From Balanoglossus misakiensis (Eukaryota; Animalia; Hemichordata), in assembly GCA_040954595.2 (NCBI GenBank), contig CM082584.2:13385337-13449336 (forward strand): a stretch of DNA of 64,000 nt, read 5' to 3'. A model generated the notes under the pieces. It did no database searches. It had not been told where the DNA came from and worked only from the letters and a program-made list of their open reading frames with translations. The translations under genes and the position numbers were made by a program. Position 1 is the first letter of the stretch. Each line of letters opens with the position of its first letter. Of this stretch, positions 1 to 12,909 are shown piece after piece.

Positions 1-465
1 AATTGGAAGATATGTAGGAATCATGGGGAAGGGGGAAGTCAATCTTTCCTCTGTAACTGTCTCTTGTTCTCACTGTACATGTGTATCTAGTATTCCATTA
101 TAAATGACTAAAATACTTTTAGATATATCTTTCCATGTAGACAGACATTATTTTAACAAATTAATGACTATTTTCCTTTCCATTTTAGCTGATCATCACT
201 ATTCATTAAAATGTCATTTAAAATCATCATTTAATAACAATTTCGTACTTGGCTGATGATGTGTGGCTGGTTTGTTTTGACAATCTTCATCTCAATTTTA
301 CATGATTGCAGCATCGTGTGTGTTCTTCTGTGTGTATCATTTCTGTTCTTGTTGTGTGAGCTCATGAAAATGCATGACATGAAATCATCTACCAATCACC
401 TGTCACCCATTGCTGGCTGCCTTTGCTGTGTGCGTATTGGCTGATCTAACATTAATATTCTTTGT

Positions 466-552
466 CCTTCCCTATTAACCACTACAGTTTGGTCCAACCC
501 TGTTGTTTGCATTGATGCGCTTGGACCAAACTATGTGGAAATAGGGGTAGAC
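466..552 (-). mobile_element. Degenerate inverted copy of the same MITE-like family, with an internal hairpin
   Basis: Resembles the reverse complement of 18501-18592 (accac..gtttggtccaa..ttgttt..ttggacc..ggaaataggggt). Contains a perfect 12-bp inverted repeat, AGTTTGGTCCAA (486-497) / TTGGACCAAACT (521-532). Confidence 0.4.
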
Positions 553-955
553 TGGTTGTGTGTGTATACTTTACAATTTCTTTTTCAGTATTCTGTCAAC
601 ATTTAGATATGAAACTTGTGCTGGATTTTTTAATGTGCAAATATGAGTAAACTATGTGAAATAGGTAGATAGCTAACTTTTAGATGACAGTAATTTTTGA
701 GTAAAATCATTACAAATTCCAGCACAAACTGATATAACCAATGTACGTCATACCTTTAACTTTTCTGGATTTCTTTATTCTGATTTTTCTCTTCTTGTTA
801 ACCTTTTCTAATTGAATTCTGAAGTGGGTTGGTGATTCATTGCTGATTTCTATAGTATGTTTTTATTTGTGGGTAGTAATTGTAATTCAGACATTGCTGC
901 ATGGAGAATACGAAGGGTGTGTGTCATATTTTGTATCTGTTTTATCCCCATGCAG

Positions 956-3239
956 ACAGTCAAACCAGAATACATCCCCTCTGAAACAAGCAGAGAGTAC
1001 CAGACGGAAGAAATCATGGAAGAACCCGAGAAACCGCTGCCACCTCGCAACGAAAGCATCGTCGAACGCGAGATACGACTGCAGCGAGAAAGAGAAGAGG
1101 AACTACAGAAACAGAGACTCAGAGCTGGAATTGGAAAAACTTCTGTTGCAACTGTTGCTGAAGTGAAGAAATCTCCCAAACCAGTTCCTGAAGTGAATGA
1201 CGTTGATGGCGTAGCTGACTCTCCACCAGAGCCCGTGTCAAGGACCGCACAAGCGAGGGCACTGTTCTCCAAACCGACCAAACTGCCAGAGGAGAAGCCT
1301 TCAAAGGAAGTGTATGCAAAATACAGCGTTACTGCTACCGCTGCTGCCACGCCAACCAGGGATGTGAAAATCAACAACTCAACAGACAGTAACTTTGTCA
1401 ACTCACCAAATGAAAATGTTTTATTTGAAACACCAAAGAAAGAAGAAACTCTAGTCGAGGAAGAAAAACCACGAAAGGAGACACCAATTGAGAGAGAAAT
1501 TCGCCTCGCTAGAGAGAAAGAAATGAGCTACAGGAAAGAAAGAGGTAAAGCACTAAGGCTGATGTGAAAAGATATAGTAACCTAAAACAAAGTATTACAT
1601 AGCAGTATCCTCAAGTGTTTTTAATCGTGTAAAGGTTACAAACACAATGATTCAAATTTGAAAGTAACGCGGTTGTTGGATGATGAAAAACATAAAACTA
1701 AAATCTGTTGTAACCATGCATGAACCCACCATCCCATGCAGGACTTCCCTTGATGCCAAGACACGAGAAACAACACATCTCTGAAAGCAAAAAGAAATCG
1801 GACCCAGTAGAAGAAGCACCAAAATCAACCTTCAGTGAGTATCAGCCACCAGAGTCTTCTGCAAAAGACCAATACATGAAACGTGCTGCTGTGTATTACA
1901 TGGAGAAAGAAATGGAAGAGAATCGTCAGAAAGAGGAGGAACTGAAGAAGGAAGGCAAGATACGGAGGTTGTCCACCAGATCTAAAGAAGATGAGGATGA
2001 GAGAGATTCCCGTAAGGGTCTGCTATTTGTTTGTGTCTGTCTGGCTACAGTTGGTTGACCGAGGCCATGGAGCTTTTCTTTATGATAATTTTCTCTCCAT
2101 CATATGCATTAAGTCTTTCTCTGTCTGTCTGTCTCCACATGTATCAATTCCTATTTCTCTAGCATGCCAGATCTCAATCCTCCTGTTGGTAGTACTAGTA
2201 TTTGTCTGTATGTCTGTTTCTCAATCTTTTCTGGCTATCATCAGTCAGTTTTAACACCTCTTTCATGGTAATCTGCTGTCCTTCAGGAATGCGCAACGGT
2301 CCCAAAGGTGAATCCATCGTTGAACGTGAAATCCGACTTCAGAGAGAGCGAGAAGAACTTTACAAACAGGAACACGAAGGCAGTCAACGTGGACGACCGT
2401 CGGACCTTCAAGTCAGGACACAATCAGTCGAGAAGATGCCAACTCATGTCAAGTCAGACTCTTCAAATGCAAGTAGTGCATCTCTATCACCCCCTTCTTC
2501 ACCTCTCAGCTCACAATCAGACCACCATCAACCCCAACATCATCACCGACATAAAGCTGGTTATGCTCAGTACATGAGTAATGTATCTGCGTCTGTGAGA
2601 CGATCGTCGAGAGAGGAGGAGGTACAACAGGTTTCAGAGGAGACCTCTTTTCATGTGAGTGTGAGTTTTCCATAACAGTGTGAGAAAGAATGAAGTTGTT
2701 TCAATCAAAGTTGACATGCAATCAAACTTTCTGCATGTATCAGTACAGTAATGGGGAGTCGTAATGTGTGTCTTATGTATGAGTGAGCCTTCTTTTGGCT
2801 GCAGGATGTAATCAGCATTTTTTATGTGCAAGTTCTTGTCAGTTTGCTCATAGCCTGAGCTTTCACTTGATAGCTACATGTATTAGTTTCATTCATGTCT
2901 ACCATCTATGTCATCCATTCCATTGCATTTACCTTCATCTGTCACATCACTAAGACTAGTCAAAAGTTTCCTCACACACTTTTATACTTAATATCTGTGG
3001 AGAATAAGCAAGTCACCTACATCATTGTGTTGTACCATTTTGTTTACGTCGACTCCATAAATTTATATTCTAAAGAGTATATCCATAGCATAGATTGAAA
3101 GTTCTAACTTCCCCTTTAAAATTAATTCTATCCTTTAAAAGAATGATTCTTGTCTTCTCCACAGGAAAACAAAGAACCCAGCAAACCAGTGAAGAGAAGG
3201 AGTCTCCTAGCAGCACAGTGGGAAGACAAATTCAAGTAA
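956..3239 (+). CDS. AKAP2/MISP-family (AKAP2_C-like) protein, 3' portion; upstream exons lie outside the window
   Basis: Exons 956-1544, 1742-2011, 2287-2654 and 3165-3239 have GT-AG boundaries and compatible phases (1,1,0), 1302 nt in total. Repeated 'ESIVEREIRLQREREEEL' and 'ETPIEREIRLAREKE' motifs, and a terminal 'KRRSLLAAQWEDKFK*' that resembles the K-S-A-x-A-x-R-W-E tail of vertebrate AKAP2/MISP. The last exon's frame is not in the ORF track. Confidence 0.8.
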
Positions 3240-6200
3240 AAAGTTACAAGCTTTACAAAATATCTCTTCAATTTTAAGACCATTTTTTGTAATTTTTCCA
3301 AATAACCTCAATGTCTGTACCACCACAGCTCAGTTCAAAGTTTATTCCAGATTCTTCTGTGTCAATCTGCATATTTCCATTATGTGTTGGGTACAAAGAT
3401 GGAAGCAAAGATGGCAACCGGTATGAATAGATAATTTTCCTTTCATTGTGAGATCTCGTGAGACTTGGTTAATTACTGTAGCAACAGGTTGCTGGCGTGT
3501 GAAGGTAAGCTTTGTATCCCACAAGAACCATGGTGAAAAGATGCCAATCACTGACACTAGGGGGAAACATTCACTGATAGAAGACTACATGTATCTATGC
3601 AATGTTGTTGTGTTAGGATGACAACTGCCAGGAATTTGCTTTGAAATGTTTTGCACAACAGTCACCAAATTCCATGGGGACAGTTTATGAACAAATTGGC
3701 AAAGAAATCAACAAAATTCGTCAATGCAAAAAAGCCAAGTGCCTTGAACTTTGAATATGTGTATTCATCCCAAGCTCTTGTGATTGGTTTTGGGAAAGAT
3801 GTTAACAGTCAATGTTGTGAATATAAAGATAGAGAAATCCTTGAAATCATGTAATATTGTAAATTATTGTAAGAGTGTCGAATCCCAGGCATACGTTTGC
3901 AAAATATAATCAGAGCTAAGTCTGTACTCTTGTAAATCTATTTCAAATTATTGTAAGTTGTACCAAATGTTTTTCTTTCAGTCAGTTCCCCAAGTGTTTC
4001 TTTAGACAGTATTTTCTGTTGTTATAACAACAAGCAAACTTCAGAAGGGTCTGTCAGTGACCCTTTGCATGTGATGACTTTTGACACGTATCATGAATTT
4101 TGAAATTTTAGAATGAAGAGGATTGTAGAGAATAAATAGCTTTATTTCTGAATAAGTTTTAATCCACAGGTTATGAGAGATGCCGATTTCATTCAGTTAA
4201 TGATTTTTGTTTGTTTTAAAGTCGGAACACTTATTTATACCATGATGTAAAGAAACATTTACATCTGCTAGGTAGTGTTTCATTGCAAGTCAGTAGGATT
4301 TGGTTGTGTCAGCATACCAGTAGTGAGTGTTTGCAGTTGCTACTTGCATGGTAATGGTTTTAGTTAGAGCCCAGAACATTACTCTGTCACTAACCAACTC
4401 ATGGCTTACTTGACGCTTCATAGGAACAACAAAATTTACTAAATTACAAGTAATTTCCAAACAATCACATGTTTCATCTCAAGAAACTTATAAAAAGAAC
4501 CTTTACAATTGTCAATGCTAAGATTTTGTAAGTTCTCAAGTGCATGCGAACTTCCTGGGAATATAAGACATGAAAATTAGATGTGTGAAAAGAAAGAGGT
4601 ATATTTATTGGGTTTGTGTTTAATAGTGGATGATGTACATGTTTGGGAGAATGTAAATTGAATAACTGATGAGTTATGCAGCTAATGTTACTTCAGTCTG
4701 AAAAGTTGACTGAATTGTTGACATTAACATTTCAGTTCTAATTCATACTTTATAGTAGAGAAATTTTGATTGGTGGGAAGCTGTTAGCTAGAATAAGGAA
4801 GCCAATCAGAACCCGGCTTTTGGAACTGGCCCCACGTTGCATTTGTATATAATTGGTTGCGATGTACTTAACTGAGTGCATTCACTGTTGCTGGCATTGT
4901 CTGCGATGCATGTGTGGTGGAAAAACTCGCAAATTTTCTTGAGAGTTTGAACGAGAATACCAGGTGTAAATTTGCTTGTCATTCGCAGGAGATCTGATTG
5001 GTCAGTGTAAAGTTGTGTAGCTTTACAAAGATATTGGCAGATTTGATGTGTGAATGATAATGTATTATAAGTACTGTTCAATTTTTTTCTGAGAGAAAAA
5101 TTGTTTTTCTGAGTTATAAAAGTTTTGTAGGAAATTTTGTCCTCCACATGTACTACTTGCCATTATGAACCAAACCAAATTTTTTTTAAATTGTCAACTT
5201 CTATTTAAAAAAAAAGAAAACTGGTTTCTCTCTCCGTACAGTCACTAAATGCATGCTTCTAAAAGCCAAGAAAGTTATCCCTAATACTAAAAAATTGTCA
5301 ACAGAAGAATCAAATCATAAAATATTAATAAAGCAATTATTTATTGCTGTGTGAGTACTGATATTTATGGGTTTAGAAATATCAACTTTGAAAAGAAATT
5401 TTACACTTCTGACTGATTTATAGCGTGCCTTCAATATAGAAAAAAACTTCTCTTGTAAAATAAATCTAGGAACTTTTTATGTGCTTTTAGCAAAATCTAT
5501 AATGGTATCTGCAGATAAACGGATTTTTATTTTATGATAGTGTGCTTATATTACTTTGAAAAAAGATATGTTTGAATTTGAGGATTTTATCAGAAATGTA
5601 TAAGGTTTTAAATGTACTGTTACAAAGTTGAACAGTTTTCTCTAAAGTTACACAATTTTTATTCAGAATTTTTGAAATTCAGTTGAATGTTGTGATGTAT
5701 GTTTCCATGGTGATGGTCTAAGGTCAGCTGTAAGTCATATGATTTTGAATTTCAGACTATATTTTTCTGTTCTTTTTGTATTCTTGCCTAATGTTGCCTT
5801 TACAGAGAAGCTTTCAAATACTCCCAGAATGCAAGATTATGCATGTGGCTAACATTCAGCGTGGTATGTATGACATTTTTGCAAATTCTGAGGTCCAGAT
5901 CTCGAGTGCTTTGCTAGATATACAAAACTGTGGAAGTTTAGAGCACATTCAACAGTTTTACATGCATCACCACATACTGCAGTACAATTCAATCATATAC
6001 GATTATGTAGATGATTGAATTTACTCTGTTGCCCACATTTCAGTGCAGCAAAGAAATTGTCCATAGAGAGCTCGAGTCAAGTACTTGCATCATATCTCAA
6101 TGCCTTGCTGGATGATTCTGGCACAAATTGTGCTTTAAAAATATTTTGCATTTCAAAAGTAAAATACTACCATTCTCTAATTTTGACTCCAGTACAGATT

Positions 6201-6247
6201 TCATTTGATTTTGTTGTTTATGTTGATAGGTGACTCGTACTGCTTTC

Positions 6248-6253
6248 AATAAA
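6248..6253 (+). other. Candidate polyadenylation signal ending a ~3-kb 3' UTR of the AKAP2/MISP-like gene
   Basis: AATAAA at the end of a long AT/U-rich stretch with no credible coding exon (3240-6250), just upstream of the next gene. Other AATAAA hexamers occur earlier. Confidence 0.35.
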
Positions 6254-6829
6254 GATTCGTGATTTACAGATAATAATATGGATTGCTCAATTTATGTCTA
6301 TATGACGCAGTTTATTTGGGCACCGAATGTTGTAATGCGACAGCTGGCGACTGCTTTGTCTCTTAGCAACCATAAATGACTCGCGTGTCTGTATTCCACC
6401 CGTCCCTTGACTCAATGTTATTTCTACAACCATGATTTACCAAAAATGATTTATTTATGAACAATCCTGGATCCCGATACACGGTGACAAGATAAAAAAT
6501 ACCATTATGGTTTCTTCTTTCATCCTGATAAGTTTACCTTGTCAACAAATTTAATTTGTCAACAACTTTATTGGGGGGTTTGGACATACGTGTGCATGTT
6601 AATGTTGTCATAGCGATGGTGTCTAAGTGTATGATGCCATTCAAATCGGAACGAACGCAAATATTCATCTCCCCATAAAATAATAAATGTAGTCAGGTAT
6701 TCAGAGGAACGTGTCATTTTGTTGTCGAGAATTTCCTTCAATTTTGAAGTCGCATTTAAGTCAGATTAGCATAACGTGTGTGTGGATACATATGTGTGTT
6801 CACTTGGAACAGGACACCAGATTACGATC

Positions 6830-8171
6830 ATGATGCTCTTCCGAACAACAATTTCAAATGCTGGGATCGGGATTGCAGTAATTTGTATTGCATTCTGTGG
6901 GCTTTACTTTTGGACTCAAACTGGTGGATATTCATCAAATGTATACTTACCAGGGTAAGATAACAAATTCTTCTCTCCATTTATGTCGATATGTTTGTTT
7001 AAAGTTGTGCAGTTGGCATATAATTTTTGCTCATCAAAACAAGAATAATCGATAAATTTAACTTCAAATTTAAACAAAGAAACGCAGGTGCACACTTGTG
7101 TATATTCAAATTTCTAACATTTCACTTTTTAATAGGGGAGTAAAATCATCTGATGTTGATAGAAGACAATCCGGGCGAGATGTCAGTAGAATGTATCCAT
7201 GGATGGTCAGACGGAATTATCTTCCAAACTTCTTTACTCGACGGAGAAATAATGCCACCTTAGAAAGGATGCCGGTGGATGCGGTGTACGCAAATAGTAC
7301 AGTGGTCTTTGTCCACAATCTGAAGTCCGGAGGTCAAACGACCAAGAAATGTCTTCTAGGCATTTTGAGAGATGGCGGCTGGGCAAGTTCTATCCTTATT
7401 TTTAATGTAAACGGACGCCAAGTTTATGAGGATATGCTGATGGAGGGAAGGGATCAAAATCTCGGTAAATCCTATGTTGGTGATTCAACGTTTCCTGTCT
7501 GTGATTTTACCACGAAACCGTGTGCAACTTTTACTATTTTGCGGGATCCGTATGAACGGGTGATCTCTTCGTACAACTTCTGTCAAGGCACCGGTCAGGC
7601 ACAATGTAGAATACGGCCAATTGAGAAGATGACGATCAAGGAATGGGCCGTACACCAGGGAAGTCCGTTTTTCCGACAAATCTTGTTAAATGCAGAATTT
7701 GTCACGCAGGAATATACAGAGCTTCTAGATAAACTTCGCGTCCCAGAAGATCCTCCAACAGACAGCATTCCGATGTGGTGGAGAAATAAGATGATTTTGG
7801 ACCATGTCATTGAGGAGAAACATATGGTCTTGGTTTTGGATTATGTGTTGAACAATTTAGAGTCGTGGTTTGCTGTCATAGGTTTAACCACCGAATATGA
7901 CACCAATTTTCAGCTGTTTGAACGTGCCTTCAATCTCCCATTCTACACTAAATGCGCTGGAAATCATGCAAACCAAAAGAAATACACTCATATAGATGAA
8001 TCCGCGGCTTACAATCAAACAGCAAAATATGTAATCGTTAAAAATCTTAAGAAAGCTTTGTCTTCTGAGCCGGATGTAAGAGAAGCACTCCGCTACGACA
8101 TCGAGATTTATAGAAAGGCAGAGGACATATTTCGACGGCAAAAGCTCGCTTATCAAAATGAACGGTTATAA
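6830..8171 (+). CDS. Golgi type-II membrane sulfotransferase (Sulfotransfer_2 / HS 2-O/6-O-sulfotransferase-like fold), ~386 aa
   Basis: Exon 6830-6954 encodes an N-terminal TM (AGIGIAVICIAFCGLYFW) and splices in phase 2 to exon 7136-8171. Contains a 5'-PSB-like 'FVHNLKSGGQT', a 3'-PB 'TILRDPYERVISSY', 'FAVIGLT' and a C-terminal 'YDIEIYRKA'. Confidence 0.85.
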
Positions 8172-8776
8172 AAACTATTGTTGTGTTTAAAAATACCGAC
8201 AGTCGAATTGAGCACATGCGAAGGGGTGCTCTTCTGGGATTTGAGTGTTACAGAATCATTGCACGTCAGCACTGTTCGGATTCAGGGAACATGGAAACGA
8301 GATTTGATTGACGTAGATTTTTATGTGGAGGTTTAATGAGAGTTGCATGTTAATGTTGCTATGGTGATGGTTGCCGAGCGTAAAAGTACTCTGCACAACT
8401 GGAACACAGACAGGATATCATTACAGAACCACAGCAGACTGAAAGATTTTGTTATTTTATTCACATCTAATGAAAAACAAATAATTGTGACAGGTGGAAA
8501 AATATGGTTCTTGGGATTTTATTCACAAAGTGGAGAGACACAAGGCATAGGCATATATATGTTATGTACAACTGACCATTTGTTTCCCATGGACAGGTGT
8601 ATTGTTTGTATCTATAGTATATCTATAGATTTACTACATGAACATTTACACTTCTAAGGTGAATTTTGGATTTTATCAAGACAATAACGGTGCAACTATC
8701 TGTTCAGTGCAAATTCACACTATCGCGTATCGGATATTTGACTTGAAAATTGTGGCATATCCAGTCTATTTCACTT

Positions 8777-11700
8777 TCAGTTTTCTCGAATCCAATACCA
8801 GACAGGCCCACTGAAGTCGTCGCAGTTTGGGTGGCATGAGTAAGGTGCTGGCTTGGCTACGAATCTCTGATCCTCTTGTACCATAATACCCTTTGGATCA
8901 CCATTCGTCACACTGCAGAAGTTTAACAAATACTTTATATGTTGGCAACCGTCATATAACATCGGAAAAGACAATATACAGAGAATGTGACGAAATTATG
9001 GAAATTAGAGAAAAACAAGTCCGTCTTACCTATCACGCGATGTCAACACACACCCGACATCGCCAATTTCGGTGCCGGTACACAACCGTGGGAGAGTATC
9101 CACGACATCGCTATTGCTGAACATTTGCACAGTTGTCATGGTTTGTGCCGATGTTGTCAACAGGTCGTTGCTGCTCGAGATGCTGAAGATGCCACCGTTG
9201 GTTCTTTCTTCTCCGGCTTCCAGTCGAAGCTTTGAATTTACAGAAAAGGTACGTGACAGGTAATTTTGCATGAAGTATGTTACATAATATTGAAATAACA
9301 TAGATTCACGTTTGTACACTTTGCCTGTTCCGATTGGACGGTTGGAAAATTATCTATTGGTGGTATTCACCATACCATCTGGTGGTCATGCATGTTACTT
9401 GTGTACATGTAGTTCATTTTTACTAGTGCACCCTCTGCTTACCTCAACTGTATTGCTATCGGACATGTCCTTGATTTCATTGATGAAATCCAAAATGGAA
9501 TGGTCTTCACTCAGAGAAGGGATATCTTTGTTTCTGTCACGTATGTTTGCGTCAGTCCACCCGGTATCAGAGTTTGCCGTCAATAACAGCCTGAGTGGAA
9601 AGGTAATGATTAAGTTTGTACTCATAAATTTTACATATATGCTTTATTTGTGTCTTTATTCAAACAACAAACCAATAACGACACAATCGGAGCCTCTGTT
9701 CCCTGTGTTGGCACCTGAAGAAAATGCCCATGCGTGTGAAGTTTTAGAATGTGTGTTACACTTACGTCCAGCCTCCACCATCCCTTGTCATGTCACAGTA
9801 TACATTTAGATGAGTATCACTCGGTTGTATTGTATACACAGCACTCCCCACTGTCTCTCCATCACGATCCGCTTTTTGTTTGCGCTTTAGACACGTCTCT
9901 AGGAAATAGATGAGGGAGGAAACATATGAAGTGAGTTTCTTCCATCTAAACTGCATGGTCCCTTGCCCCCATTCTACCAGTAGGGCTACCACCTGTTCTT
10001 GTAGCACAATATACGAGAGAGAGAGAGAGAAATGCCCACCTGGCACACAAGGGTTCCGTTCACAACCAATCACGTCGGAGGAGTCACTGCTTTCACAATC
10101 AACGCCACCATTCAGCGGAGAACGAATGCATGATCTTGATCGGCTTCGTGTACCAGAGCCACAAGTGACGGAGCATGATGACCAGGGAGACCATTTCCCC
10201 CACTGTCCGTCGACTGATAACAGAAAGTTCACAAGAAATTGAAGATTAGTGAAACTTATGTTTTAAGAAACAATGACGGAGGCAACGCGAGTTTGGAAGG
10301 GCAACCAACCTTCAAATTCAACCTTCCCCATCATTGGTCTGCCAACCCTCAGCTACCCTCCCCAACAGAAGAGAAAAGAAACTGAACTGAACACCTTTTC
10401 AATTCTATGGTTCAAATTACCTCTGCATTGCACGTATACATTGTCGCTGTCAGTGCATCCACTGATTTCTCGCCATCCACTGTGTGTGCACTGAGCCAGT
10501 GTCATTTCATCGCCTCTGCAGTTTACATCTCTCAGTACGCTGGTCATTTCCGTGGTGTACTTTTCAGCTGCAAATGACGGTCAGAGATCCGATTAAATCC
10601 CGATCATCCTAACTTTAAAGCCCAACTTAGCTGCCACTTGTAGCATATTTTACTCCATAAAATACTTTAATGTTCTCCTTAACCTAAGTCGACAGACAAG
10701 TACATGTATGTGGAGAGTTCAATACCCACGTACTATAGTTGTGTAATCTTGCAATGGTCGGCTGAATAAACGGGTGTGGCACCTGTTTATTATTTAACTT
10801 GTTTATTTTTACCTGTACTGCCACAATCGGAGGTCGATAATATGTTTGTGTATACCCATCACTTTACTCTAAGTTTGAACATAAAATCATGAAAATAATG
10901 CAAAAATGGCGGCTATTGGGGCTTTAAAACTCTCCAACAAAACTGAACGCAAATGACGCAAAGAGTCCGTGTGTTACCAGAGTTTGCGCCGGAGAATCCC
11001 ATCTGGCGACAGGCAACATTTCCCTGTGTCACAGTCCAGTCTGTGTTTCGTGAACATATGCTTCCCCATTCTTCCTCCACGTCATCGTAAATTTGCAAGA
11101 CGCCTTCACCGTATGCGCGTCCTGAAGTCAGTCGTATGGGCACTGCAGATGATGACAAAATAAAGGGAGGGTCGTTGGTCTGAACTGCACATATACATGT
11201 ATGCATTGTAGTTGTTACACATTTGCGTTTACTTTTGACTTGCTAGCAACTAGTAAATGAAGTGTCGAATATGGGTTCCATAACCCAGTCACAGAAAGAA
11301 CGACCCCCTTAAACCATTTCTCTTACCATCACAGTCACGGGATCGACACAGATTTCCTGTCTCTGTTGGTCCAGGGGGGTCCATACATCCCGGGTCTCTG
11401 CCAACCACACCGTTGTATAGACATTCTCGTGTCCTATCGCGGGTGCCCGCTCCACACGAAGTATGGCCAGGCTCACAGGTTGACCAAGGATTCCACCTCG
11501 ACCATGCTGTGAAATTAACGAAAGCTCAGCAAGTAAAACTCACTGACTCACTCACTGACTCACTCATTCATTCCTTTGCTTGTTTTCACACGCTAAAAAA
11601 AGCAAAATTCTACTTACTTGGACATGGCTGAGGATTGCACAGTTGGGCATCCCATCCATATAAGCCATTATCGTGTTCACATTGTCTCCCACCGAATTCG

Positions 11701-12909
11701 GAAGGAGGCGGATTGTTGCATTCTCTGTGACGATATTGCACAGCTCTCCCACATGAAGACGGGCAATCCTCCCATGGTCCCCACGATCCCCACATACCGT
11801 GCAAAACTAGATGAGGAGATAACGTGAGATTTGCCATCGTTGCAATGAACCAAAAAAAGTACAAATAAGATCTGGATTGAATTCACGGGGCTGTCGCTTG
11901 TCAAAATCAGAATGCATAAAAACTGGTCACTTTAACATCCTTGCATTCCTTTGACAAGTAACAGTAACCACAAAGCATCAAAGCATCCTATACAAAATTG
12001 GAACCTTATTTCACACGTTTCAGATATTTAAACAACATGTTTCCAGCTGTAAGGAATGGTACAGTTAGGCTTACCTGGCTCTTCGCAATCTTCCCCCGTC
12101 CACTCTCCATAAACGCAAAAGCAAACATAGCCACCGCGTTCACAGGTTTCTTGACAAGTGCCATCGTTTTTGCAAGGATCGCTAGCACAGCTTCCGAGAG
12201 CTTCCTGTGGGTGAGATTTCAAAAGATCTGAGATCATAATTTAAAATCGATGGTACGAGCATCAATAGCTTCACTCAGGCAGAACATCCGACACTTCATT
12301 ACAAGACGCGCGTTGTCATGGAGTCGGGAGGCGCGCGTTGCCATGGGGTCTGGGGAATCAACTTTTTGAAACCACATAGGAGTACAATGGTTTTTTAGCT
12401 TGAACGACCAATTTCAACATAAAACCATGAACTTGTGACTGGTTTTGGTTGAATACTGTACGCTTATTTTGTAGCCGTTCTCAAATTATGGCGAAACAAT
12501 TCGAAAATGCCGTTTGTTTGTCATATGGGTACCAAAAGATAACTTTGCCGTCATGGTGGTTGCGTAAACTGAAGCTTACCTCTGGTAATTGGTATGTTTC
12601 TCTTCTATGGTAAATATATCCTGGACTGGAAATCAATTCGCCGTTGTTGTCATGAGCCTTGCGGTTTAACTCACATGTGTTCGAGCTTTCTTCGTAGTTG
12701 TACGACTTGCATTTACCTTCATTAAGACAGGCCTTGGCACATATCACGACGTGACGGGCGTAGGAAAATCTACGGAGTACATGTCCGTCAAGTCGCTTGT
12801 TTTCCCACTCGAAGTCTGGCTGCGTGAATGTCATGTCATAAGATGCGTTTGCTCCTATATAACGCAAGACCAGCAGCACAAACAAGTGAAACAACGATCC
12901 CAGAGCCAT
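8777..12909 (-). CDS. Secreted mosaic protein: signal peptide - PAN/Apple - EGF - TSP1 - TSP1 - SRCR - TSP1 - fibrinogen/intelectin-like C-terminal domain, ~643 aa
   Basis: Exons (minus strand) 12909-12580, 12204-12075, 11806-11618, 11506-11327, 11142-10978, 10567-10421, 10213-10040, 9898-9766, 9590-9443, 9229-9030 and 8912-8777. All are GT-AG, total 1932 nt, single frame. Motifs: [16 protein letters not shown] (PAN), [12 protein letters not shown] (EGF), [20 protein letters not shown] and [15 protein letters not shown] (TSP1), [23 protein letters not shown] (SRCR), [12 protein letters not shown] (fibrinogen-like). Confidence 0.88.

Noticed and set aside
850-1401. 183-aa minus-strand ORF with a hydrophobic N-terminus
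   Set aside because: Antisense shadow of the AKAP2/MISP-like coding exon, with no independent motif or splice support.
4800-5150. CCAAT-containing segment with a short inverted match (CCAATCAGA / TCTGATTGG) and a 113-aa minus ORF in the 3' UTR region
   Set aside because: The 9-bp inverted match is too short to be significant and the ORF is featureless. It may be a repeat remnant but cannot be verified.
9312-10242. Plus-strand ORFs of 165 and 110 aa
   Set aside because: Antisense to well-supported minus-strand exons and introns of the mosaic gene.
12308-12350. Short direct repeat GCGCGTTG(T/C)CATGG(A/G)GTC in intron 1 of the mosaic gene
   Set aside because: Only two imperfect copies. It is not CRISPR-like and has no supportable function beyond a possible X-box half-site.
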